Positions 27,695-35,466 of a stretch of 64,000 nucleotides of DNA are shown piece after piece. Source of the stretch: Octopus sinensis (lineage: Eukaryota); assembly GCF_006345805.1 (NCBI RefSeq), contig NC_043001.1, positions 121,582,001-121,646,000 on the forward strand, given 5' to 3'. Below the pieces are notes generated by a model that worked only from the letters and a program-made list of their open reading frames with translations, ran no database searches and was not told where the DNA came from. The position numbers were made by a program, and so were the translations under genes. Position 1 is the first letter of the stretch, and each line of letters begins with the position of its first letter.

Positions 27695-30003
27695 TAGGCA
27701 AGAAGTTGAAAATTTTTTGGCCCATGACACTCTACAGATTTCAATGAAATTGGTTGTGTAGTACTAGAGTTTTAGTGAAGCAGACACACACATATTCTCA
27801 GTTTTATATATATATATAGATATGTATGTATGAGGCGCCTGTGGTAAGAAGTTTGCATCCCAACCACATGGTCTTTAGTTCGGTCCCACTGCGTGGCACT
27901 TAGGTAAAGTGTCTACCATTATGGTCCTAGGACAACCAAACCCTTTTTAAGTGGACATGGAAGATGGAAACTGAAAGAAACCCATCGTGTGTGTGTGTGT
28001 ACACACACAATAGAATAGTGTTCTTGTTTACGATAGTCATTACTAGCTCATAATTTAACAAGTCAACCATAAATTCAGTACTGATATTTAGGTCCCTGTA
28101 CATGTGAATTAGTTCATTTAGAAATAGGCTTTACACCAGTTTTGAAAATATTACCTTTGTATGTACTTCTTAATCTTCAGGATTTAACATGCTACCGCAT
28201 ATACGACCAAAAGAATTCAAAAAGTCCCGTTTAATTAAAGCTGATCGAACCGTTCAACAAGAAATCACACCTTGATTGTCATAAAACACGCATGAAGCCC
28301 ACGAGGCCTGACGTTTACTGCAAGAAGTTCAAAAGGTTAAGATAATCCTAACCCTAAAACACCGGGTACACGTATTTACTTTCGCCACATTTTAAAAGCA
28401 GCAGCAAACATCTTAGTTTGAACAGACACCTGAATGAATGAACGATCGGTTTGTTAACGGAGAGTCAATAAAAAAAGTCTTAAAACAACAAATAATGAAG
28501 TTGTAGACTTTAATCATAAAGTTATCAATCCAAAATAATCGATGATAAAGATAAGAGATCATATCCCAAGACAACGAAACAAGGAATTTTAAAATATAGT
28601 TCAACTTCGTTCGAAACTAGTGCACAGAAGACGAAGACGAGAAAACCAAATAAACTTCACGCCGTTCATGCTAACTCGATGACGGACGTAGAAAGCTAAA
28701 TTCAATTAGAATCGTTGAGAAATAGATATTTTAATAACTACATGATTATACATTCGTAAACTTGAAAGATAATTACCGATTTAGAAATTAAATTGTCGTA
28801 GACTAAAACTTTATTCACCCCTGTATTAAGCAAAACACATGCAGTGTCTTGCGATTGCTTAGGTTTAGTGATAAAAAAAACTTAACACATTTATTTTAAA
28901 CCCCACCAAAACTACAGAAGCGAGAGAATAAAAGACAACACACGGTGTTAGCTGGAATAAATGGATGTATAAAAAAAAAGAAGCCAGTAAATAGGAAAGA
29001 AAATTTTAAATATTTAACAATCCAGCATGTCACTGGATTGGACCGCGGTTGATTGACCAACATTCCTCGGGCTTCTTTTTTATTAGCTTATTTAGGTTAT
29101 TAGATTTCGCATTTATTCAGGCTATTATAAATGACCATTCTAGTCGGAAAATAAACACTCGTGTGAAAACCCCATCTAGTTTCAATTTCATATTAATAAC
29201 TATATGACGGTTGATATTCTAAGTAGAAATGCAGACACACACACACACAAACAGAGCGAGTACTTGTAACATAAATACATATATATATATGTAGGTATGT
29301 ATGTATGTATTTAAATTTAAAATAAGGGTGAGAAATTAGATATTAATTTAATTAACATCGATTAATGCTATATGCTAGTGGTCTAGTATATAAAAAAGAA
29401 TGAAAGTTCAGTAAAATTGTATTATATACATATTAGAGGGAAACCACTATGTGGACACCCATATGCTAGAAATAGATCCGCTATGGTCTTACCACTAAGA
29501 AATGCTCTCAAGAAAAATTTAGCGAAACATAGCGGATCTATTGGCGATCTATTTCTAGTATATGGGGTGTTCACATAGAGTTTTCCCTCTAATATGTATA
29601 TATATATGTATGTATATATGTTTAATAGTATAGAAGGCCAAAGCAACTGCGGCGGATAAGAAACGCCAAAGAAGGAACGAGTCATCGTCACAGCCCCTTT
29701 CTGTCCAAAAGATACATATTTGCCCCAAATGTGCCAGAACCTGTCGTTTAATTATAGTTTACACAGCCAGATAAGGGCTTACCGCTCACCCCTCATGATC
29801 TTCGGACACGAACAACTGCCATCATCATCATCATATAATAACAAAAGTAATTTTTTTCTTTTTCTGGCAGGGGTGTAATCGTGAATTAGTATATAACAAT
29901 TAATACCTGTGTTGACCGTTATTTCTTTCCAAATTGGTGCAGTTGTCTGTGTCTTGGCAACCTCCCTAAACAGTAAGTTCCTACAAGCCAAGTAGTGCGC
30001 CAT
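378..30003 (-). CDS. NUP160: Nuclear pore complex protein Nup160, 5' part (19 coding exons in window, 2303 nt, about 767 aa; gene continues past the left edge)
   Basis: Join (minus strand): 30003-29907, 25702-25591, 24583-24376, 23143-22906, 21765-21687, 19993-19879, 18839-18761, 18373-18285, 17112-17038, 16272-16175, 15598-15439, 13683-13597, 12476-12372, 8041-7976, 7253-7145, 5401-5251, 3946-3801, 2069-1915, 511-378. All introns are GT-AG and all phases are compatible. The translation is colinear with recalled vertebrate NUP160 (e.g. NRFIYWRTTGDILELVEQSLDYNL, FCVCKDHKLRWWS, HWTKFYSCCVQYQE). Confidence 0.95.
750..990 (-). mobile_element. SINE family B
   Basis: GGCGAGCTGGC...GTTCTGAGTTCAAATTCC...TCATCCTTTCGGGGTCGAT. 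Other copies at about 5900-6310, 8165-8500, 21110-21325, 36305-36740, 41440-41830, 48900-49060, 53090-53520 and 56715-56850, often as dimers. Confidence 0.85.
1915..2069 (-). CDS. NUP160: Nup160 exon 18
   Basis: LLSQIDWGQLFASNCATSVIIAHMEHFVCTRLNATRDLLLLLLIAMKCGDQ|gtaaaa. Confidence 0.92.
3190..3760 (-). mobile_element. tRNA-headed SINE family D with internal 55-bp tandem expansion
   Basis: tRNA-like head (GTGGCATAGTGGTTAGGGTG...TTCGATTCCCGG) on the minus strand. Other copies at about 41860-42210, 42520-42870, 46050-46365, 48230-48535 and 52485-52800. Confidence 0.8.
3268..3597 (+). repeat. 55-bp tandem repeat, about 6 copies
   Basis: GGGGCCAGTTTCCTAGTTTCCATGGCATATAAATTTTTCACCTGGACAAGACGCT with 55-bp period. 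Confidence 0.95.
3801..3946 (-). CDS. NUP160: Nup160 exon 17
   Basis: LALNDLLIDNIKSHLENVIDLVNAVRVISAHLNLSTLQLDSLDLNDSS|gtaagt. Confidence 0.88.
5251..5401 (-). CDS. NUP160: Nup160 exon 16
   Basis: EGHMVTDVLHVFKCMQLIAGDISEDLGSQLEYEASVTLDLEQAAGSLVDS|gtatgt. Confidence 0.88.
6665..7030 (-). mobile_element. RTE-like LINE 3' end with an internal about 75-bp duplication
   Basis: ...ASNRQAWSAFVRDA...; CAAGA-type tail; 6855-6928 repeated at 6957-7030. Confidence 0.65.
7145..7253 (-). CDS. NUP160: Nup160 exon 15
   Basis: NHLTYFCPCDIVEELYIGDGNTEAAVALLNAVECRA|gtagtt. Confidence 0.9.
7976..8041 (-). CDS. NUP160: Nup160 exon 14
   Basis: VDSKCLGLFVDEQSGLICCIRK|gtaatt. Confidence 0.9.
8514..8864. mobile_element. 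MITE or foldback element with about 70-bp inverted arms, inserted in a SINE
   Basis: Arms 8514-8584 and 8796-8864 are reverse complements; partial related copy at about 18450-18545. Confidence 0.75.
10417..10570 (+). repeat. 42-bp tandem repeat, about 3.6 copies, inside the Helitron
   Basis: TGACCAGAACTCGGGAAACTTAGTTTAGTGTTCTATGGTCTA at 10417, 10459, 10501 and 10543 (partial). Confidence 0.95.
11257..11560 (-). mobile_element. SINE family C with RTE-type (GAT)n tail
   Basis: TGGTTGGCGTTAGGAAGGGCATCCAGC...CATGGAAAGCGGACGTTAAACGATGATG. Other copies at about 5640-5830, 11870-12285, 15112-15400, 16450-16640, 19020-19320, 20430-20760, 24765-25345, 32960-33200, 37790-38150 and 62720-62895. Confidence 0.85.
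12060..12285 (+). repeat. GC-rich tandem modules inside a family C SINE
   Basis: ACGGATGGTGCTTTTTACGTGCCACCGG-like motif, 4 copies. Confidence 0.9.
12372..12476 (-). CDS. NUP160: Nup160 exon 13
   Basis: IRNAAMEYQLDEDEYCQLQLEHWTKFYSCCVQYQE|gttaga. Confidence 0.95.
13018..13366. repeat. Palindrome of a tRNA-head/Penelope-tail element
   Basis: Inverted arms with TTTACATTTGATG..ATTTGTCCTCATCTTG and CCCTCCAGC..TCATCAGGTGTCTTGGGGAAATT. Confidence 0.85.
13597..13683 (-). CDS. NUP160: Nup160 exon 12
   Basis: VYKRSVHVRQDTVSLISLKEEVTNTVETE|gtaagt. Confidence 0.92.
14666..14890. mobile_element. TTAA-flanked MITE, family 2
   Basis: TTAACCCTTTAGCATTCAG ... AATGCTGAAGGTTTAA; related copies at about 2895-3110, 9160-9382, 16395-16755, 20124-20307 and 46020-46562 (split by a SINE). 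Confidence 0.75.
15439..15598 (-). CDS. NUP160: Nup160 exon 11
   Basis: DQTAAKEWTDVILQPPE...RDPRDVYMEKIFYPGCFSTQDIVRALN|gtaagt. Confidence 0.95.
16175..16272 (-). CDS. NUP160: Nup160 exon 10
   Basis: EDLTDFCLTGDRLLTLWSSSSGEPIARIALFP|gtatat. Confidence 0.92.
17038..17112 (-). CDS. NUP160: Nup160 exon 9
   Basis: FCFIESSFNDGRYQLHHIGSIFGPS|gttagt. Confidence 0.92.
17315..17538. mobile_element. TTAA-flanked (piggyBac-like) MITE, family 1
   Basis: TTAA CCCTTTCATTACC ... GTAACGAAAGGG TTAA; related copies at about 23305-23530, 25810-26000, 55626-55853, 55885-56111 and 43649-44036. Confidence 0.8.
18285..18373 (-). CDS. NUP160: Nup160 exon 8
   Basis: APGHSVRKVSAGDHVFPSLCVHLSFSDCNQ|gtttgt. Confidence 0.9.
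18761..18839 (-). CDS. NUP160: Nup160 exon 7
   Basis: TQECLMVFNLLDLTRNKQHPHLPSIG|gtaagt. Confidence 0.9.
19879..19993 (-). CDS. NUP160: Nup160 exon 6
   Basis: GSSETAEKTLSMVMDAVDDEVFIFCVCKDHKLRWWSTK|gtgagt. Confidence 0.95.
21037..21400. mobile_element. hAT (Charlie-like) MITE with nested SINE
   Basis: CAGTAGTTCCCAACC ... GTGAGAACCACTG TIRs; 8-bp flanks GGCTAGAG and GTCTAGAG (7 of 8 match). Confidence 0.8.
21687..21765 (-). CDS. NUP160: Nup160 exon 5
   Basis: GEVTRFELCHSSMMQRIWSGLVPNII; canonical splice sites. Confidence 0.93.
22091..22710. repeat. About 600-bp palindrome of the same family
   Basis: Inverted arms plus a central hairpin at 22376-22530. Confidence 0.9.
22906..23143 (-). CDS. 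NUP160: Nup160 exon 4
   Basis: ETVCYRFGEDSKALSIFADAS...DSDGQAMFAFSTSLGSILLFCMPTIEKP|gtaaga. Confidence 0.93.
24376..24583 (-). CDS. NUP160: Nup160 exon 3
   Basis: RTTGDILELVEQSLDYNLIGSHVRYRFQDTPLLGG...VHRLVFPHPNKIPKP|gtaagt. Confidence 0.95.
25591..25702 (-). CDS. NUP160: Nup160 exon 2
   Basis: cccag|GGSDSTLQDIKVSNTSGGYAYQDSTQPNSAASNRFIYW|gtatgt. Confidence 0.92.
26200..27656 (+). mobile_element. Old Helitron-like composite element with internal repeated modules
   Basis: GGGGCCTTAACTCCC-like modules at about 26440, 26667 and 27362. Ends in an imperfect hairpin plus CTGCTAG|T at 27656. 5' boundary uncertain. Confidence 0.5.
27692..27820 (-). mobile_element. Helitron 5' terminal fragment
   Basis: Reverse strand reads A|TCTATATATATATAAAACTGAG, the same type of 5' signature as the element at 9623. 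Confidence 0.55.
29907..30003 (-). CDS. NUP160: Nup160 coding exon 1
   Basis: MAHYLACRNLLFREVAKTQTTAPIWKEITVNT; donor ACAG|gtatta, phase 1. Confidence 0.85.
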
Positions 30004-30361
30004 TCTCTTGTCTTAAAGACAACCGCCTTTTGCTTGGTTGGTTCCTACTTCACGTGCTCACACAACTTCCGGTCAGGCTCACCATACAGACATCACATAA
30101 TTTCTATATCATTTCCACGATATATCTCCACGAAACAATTACAAACAAGCAATTTTATTTACTAAATTAATTTATAAATTTAATTTGATATTTATTTTTA
30201 TAAAAAGCACCTCAAAATAATTATAAAACAAGAGAAATAGTTGGTGTATTTTTAAATTTTCTTATTACCTTCTTTACAAAAGAGTTGTATTTCCGGTTCC
30301 ACCGGCTCTACTGAAAAAGTCATCCTGGAGACAATTTTTGAGGTTTTTGTCTTGAAGCAAT
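30004..30361. promoter_or_regulatory. Shared bidirectional promoter and 5'UTRs of NUP160 and SNRPC
   Basis: 358 bp between divergent ATGs. E-box CACGTG at 30051-30056, ETS-like ACTTCCGG at 30065-30072 and ATTTCCGGT at 30289-30297, central A/T-rich tract. Confidence 0.75.
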
Positions 30362-30369
30362 ATGCCGAA
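30362..30369 (+). CDS. SNRPC: U1-C exon 1 (ATGCCGAA)
   Basis: ATG CCG AA|gtaagt. Confidence 0.92.
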
Positions 30370-33300
30370 GTAAGTTACAGCTTTATTTAAATATTACCAT
30401 TGTGATGTTTTATAATTAATGTAACTATAGATGCATCCTCTTGTGTATCGTGCACCTTATAACAGTTTTTTATAAAGCAGATTTATACCAAATTAACTTC
30501 ATATGTAAGGAACTAAAGTGTGGTGTGTTGTTAGGATAACATGCTGTTTGTTGTATTTAAGACAGTCGTTCGTAACATTTAATCTCTTTTTCAAAATAGC
30601 AAGAATATATAAAGGATCCGAGGGAACCAATGCTTGGATTCTGCACTGGAAAAAAGATAAAATTAAATTTTAAATATATTATCTTCCTGCATACGAATTT
30701 ATTATCTTAGAAATAGCCATCGCTATTATTTTTGCTTTCGATTTACTTTTAAAAAATGTTCCTCTTTAGTTACTGGCGCCGCCTTCTTAATATCAATTAA
30801 AATAGCTGACATATATTAGACATAATTTTATTTTATAAGCTAATCTGTTCCTGTAGTACACTCAACGCAAACTTTTGAGCTGTTATGAATAGCAAGAAAA
30901 TCTACAAATCACACCCGACCATCTTGAATTATAAAGGATAGGTACGTTATATATACCCCTAAAAAGTTGCGATGCTTATGGTTAGAATGTGTTGATGCTA
31001 GATCAACGCTCCGATCGACCAGGTTTGATTTGGAGCTAAAACAATAATTCTATGGATGATCGCTTTTGAGGTAATTTTGACTTGATTTTGAGAACGTTCG
31101 TTTTGATAATTTATCTAAAGTAAAAGAAAGTAAAAAAATTATCATTACTAATTAATACGTATTGCTAACATACAAGTTTATATTTTTTCCATTTTCTTCA
31201 GATATTATTGTGACTATTGTGATACCTACTTGACACACGATTCGGTAAGTATATAAACATTTTGTTCTTTACTGTAATTTAAGAGCCACTTAGACCCCCA
31301 ATAGAGATGGGCAGTTTTAAATTGGAATAAATCTGCTTATCGTTAAGAAGAGAAACAATTTAAACGATTTGGGCAGAAACCTTCGTCAGACAGAGAGAGG
31401 AATGTTTACTGATGGTACCGAGATTTCGGAGTAGTAAGAGAGGAGAAGGAAAAAGGAATAACCCGAGGGTGGGTCACAAGGAAACCTTGTTGACATAACC
31501 CATTGCTTCTCATATTATTAGGAACAAGAAGATTGATAAAGGGCAGACTATTTGACCCCTTTTGTCACTATATTTGTTGAAATATTTTGCATGTATTTCA
31601 ATAAATTTTTAAAACAATGAGGAATTTAGTAAAATAACTTAGTCGTTATTAAGCTGCTATTTGGAACATAAATCAGCACAAATTTTTTATTGACGGTTTT
31701 AATTTAGATCGCTTTTAACAGGAATACTGTACTTACCCTTATCTTAGCCCTTTTCTTCCCGTAGACCATTGGCCATCAATGACTTTTCTACATTGTTATT
31801 GACTCTAGGTTGTCTTTTCTGCATCTCTCCAGTTGGATTCTTTTTGTGTGTGTGTGTGATTTTGTTGTACTGCATCATGTTTCCTTGAGGAGAGGCCTTC
31901 TTCCCCAGATTTTTTGGTTTTAAATAGTCATTGATGCATCTATAACTTTGCTTTTTTCTAGGTAGGGCTATTGAGCCTATGCAAACTCATTTTTACCTCT
32001 AAGAAGAGGTGGTTCATATTAGTGTGGCCTCTATCCTTTGACCTGTTCATTATGGGAAGCCCTATCAGGGGTTGCACTCCACCAGCATATATCACAGGAA
32101 TGAGATTAATCATTCTTATCTATCTCAAGAGAAGTGAAGCACATTTTCTGTCAAAAGTAGTGAGGAATAGAACTGAGACGGCTCCAACCAACTGGCTGAC
32201 ATGATGTACCAGGTAGTTTAGGGGTTGTAAGACACCATGTGATGCTTTCATTCTTGGTTACTCTTTTACTTGTTTCAGTAAATATACATATGATGGGCTT
32301 CTTTCAGTTTCCGTCTACCAAATCCACTCACAAGGCTTTGGTTGGCCCGAGGCTATAGTTGAAGACACTTGCCCAAGGTGCCATGCAGTGGGACTGAACC
32401 CGGAACCATGTAGTTCGTAAGCAAGCTACTTACCACACAGCCACACCTTTAATGGTAAAATCTTTGATGGTTAAACAACCCTATCACAGGTGAGGGCAGC
32501 TCCACTGCATGACACTTTGAACTGGACAAATGTCTTTTACTACAGCCCCAGGCATAGCAAATCCATGAGTGGATTTGATAGAGTGACACTGAAAGAAACC
32601 GGTCTCAAATATATATGTGTGTGCATGTGTTAATATCACCTGATAGTTGTCAACAAGTGTCACCATTATGTAAACTTCCTAATGAATATATCAGGCCATC
32701 GGGAAATATTGCTTATAAACAAGCAAGGATTGGCAACAAGGACATCTGGCCATAGAAAATTCATCTTCAGCAAATTCCATCTCACCCATGCAAGCTTAGA
32801 AAAGTGTTTAAAATGATGATACTGATGTCCTTTGTTTAGGTTAGTTGCTGTCAAGTAATTCATTATAGTAAACCTTCGCCATATCGCAGTTCACCTATCA
32901 TGGTTTATTATTTAAGCTTATGTCAATTCCTTTGTGGTGTTGTTTTGCATTTATAGCCGGTAGCACGTAAAAAGCATCAACAGATTGTGACCGTTACCAG
33001 CCTCCCTTGGCCCCTGTGCCAGTGGCACGTAAAAAGCACCCACTACACTTACAGAGTGGTTGGCATTAGGAAGAGCATCCAGTTGTAGAAACACTGCCAG
33101 ATCAGACTGGAGCCTGGTGCAGCCTCCTGGCTTTCCAGACCCCAGTCAAACCGTCCAACCAATGCTAGCATGGAAAATGGACGCTAAACGATTTTGATGA
33201 TATATATATACATATATATATATGTTTGTGTGTGTATGTGTTATGGGCTTCTTTCAGTCTCCATCTACTAAATCCACTTACATAGTTTGGTTGGCCTGAG

Positions 33301-35416
33301 ACTGTAGTAGGAGACACTTGCCCGAGGTGCCACGCAGTGGGACTGAACCTGGAACCATGTGGTTGGGAAGCAAGCTTCTTACCACCAGCAGAAGTTACAA
33401 TGGAACTCAAGGGCTGAGAGTTTCGTACATTGCCACTTAATGCAGTGGACTGCTTTCATTTTCCATCTACCAAATCCATTCATAAGGTTTTGGTTGGCCT
33501 GGTGCTATATCAGAAGACGTTTGCCCAAGGTGCTCACACAATCACATTTGCTCCTGTGGAATGCACTACATTATCTAATCATAGTGTGTGATTCGAAAGA
33601 GAGATTTAGTTGCCATTTCTAGCATGTTGAGCAACATAGCGTGTGATTCAAAAGAGATTTAGTTGCTATTAATAGTATGTTGTGCAACCATTTAGAGGAC
33701 CCTCATTGACTTAGATGCCATGATTATGTAAGAAAATATTACATTCAGTTATTAATGCAATATTCATCTTGTTTCTTTTTCAATTTACATTACAATGTTA
33801 AGTAAAAAAAAAAAAGACTTTAGTATGAGGGAGTGCTGAAAAGTTCCTGGCTTTAAGGGTATCAAAGAAGGCCTGGTTTGAGGCCCAACCTTCTGAGTTC
33901 ATTTACAGGGCTTAGAAAATCTGAAGGACCACGGGAGAATACATTAAATAAAATCATAATTAATGGATTCTCCTGCATTTTCTTTTTCCAAGGACTTTTC
34001 AGCACCCACTCATATTTTCTGAATTACATTTTGCAGCCTTCTGTGAGGAAAACCCATTGCAACGGAAGAAAACATAAAGAGAATGTCCGACTTTACTATC
34101 AGAAATGGCTTGAGGAGCAAGTCCAAAAGTTGGTCGATGACACCAGTAAGTATTGAATGCATTTTATGCATCAGTGAGAGGATTTGCATGCATACATACA
34201 CATTATCTATATTTGTTATATACAAATGCACACTTATGTTCATTAACATTTTGATATTCCCTTTGCCATGCTTGTATGAATTTGAGTTTATAAATACACA
34301 TATTTACACACATACACATTTATACACACACACACGCACACACATATATATATATATATCTTTATATATAAAAGAGAGGTTGTGTGCTGTCTGTCTCCTG
34401 CGATTTAGATTCCTTACTACTCCCACATTTTGCGGTGCAGTTTAACCAAAACCGGTTATCTTATAGTCGTGATTCATATCGAGCCCTTCTGGGTATTAGT
34501 GCGCGTCTACGATTTAAAAAAAAATTTACCATCAATTTTTCACATTTTTAATGCATTTTTGGCATATATAAGGGAAGTAACTCTAAAAATTTATTATTAA
34601 ATCTCAACGTAAAAAGCTACAGTAACCCCCCCCCCCTTGTGGTTAGCCATATTAAGATGGCTATTATACTTTACATCTCTAAAAATGCTTATATAGTTAT
34701 TTCCCTTACAAACCCGAGCAATGCCGGGCGATACTGCTTATATATATATATATATATATACAACGGGCTTCTTTCAGTTTCCATCTACAAAATCCACTCA
34801 CAAGGCTTTGGTCGGCCCAAGGCTAAAGTAGAAGACACTTGGCCAAGGTGCCATGCAGTGGGACTGAACCTGGAACGATGTAGTTGAGAAGCAAGCTTAG
34901 GGCAGTTTCAGGCAGGTTGCTATCAAAAGAGTTAAATACAAATCCATAAACTAGTCTCTCTTCCTTTTGATTTAGTGACATAATTTCTTGGCATAGGCAT
35001 GAGGCTTCAGTGTTTTGTTTTTATCATTATGATAACGACATAAAACTTTTGATTGTGTGACAGCTAAAAGAAGTACTTATGTAAGTAGAAGCTCAAGTGG
35101 GAATGACTGAACAGTGTTATATTGTTTAACCCTTTCATAACTGTATCTATTTGGAGATGCGATGCTCTCTGTTTCTTTCAATTAATTTTAAATATAACAA
35201 AGAATTTGACTGTGGTCATGCTGGAGCACCGCCTTTTAGTCGAACAAATTGAACCCAGGACTTATTCTTTGTAAGCCTAGTGCTTATCATATCGGTCTCT
35301 TTTGTCGAACTGCTAAGGTATGGGGACGTAAACACACCAACATCGGTTGCCAAAGCAATGGTGGCGGGGACAAACACACTCACATATATATACATATATA
35401 TACACACACACACACA

Positions 35417-35466
<50 letters not shown>

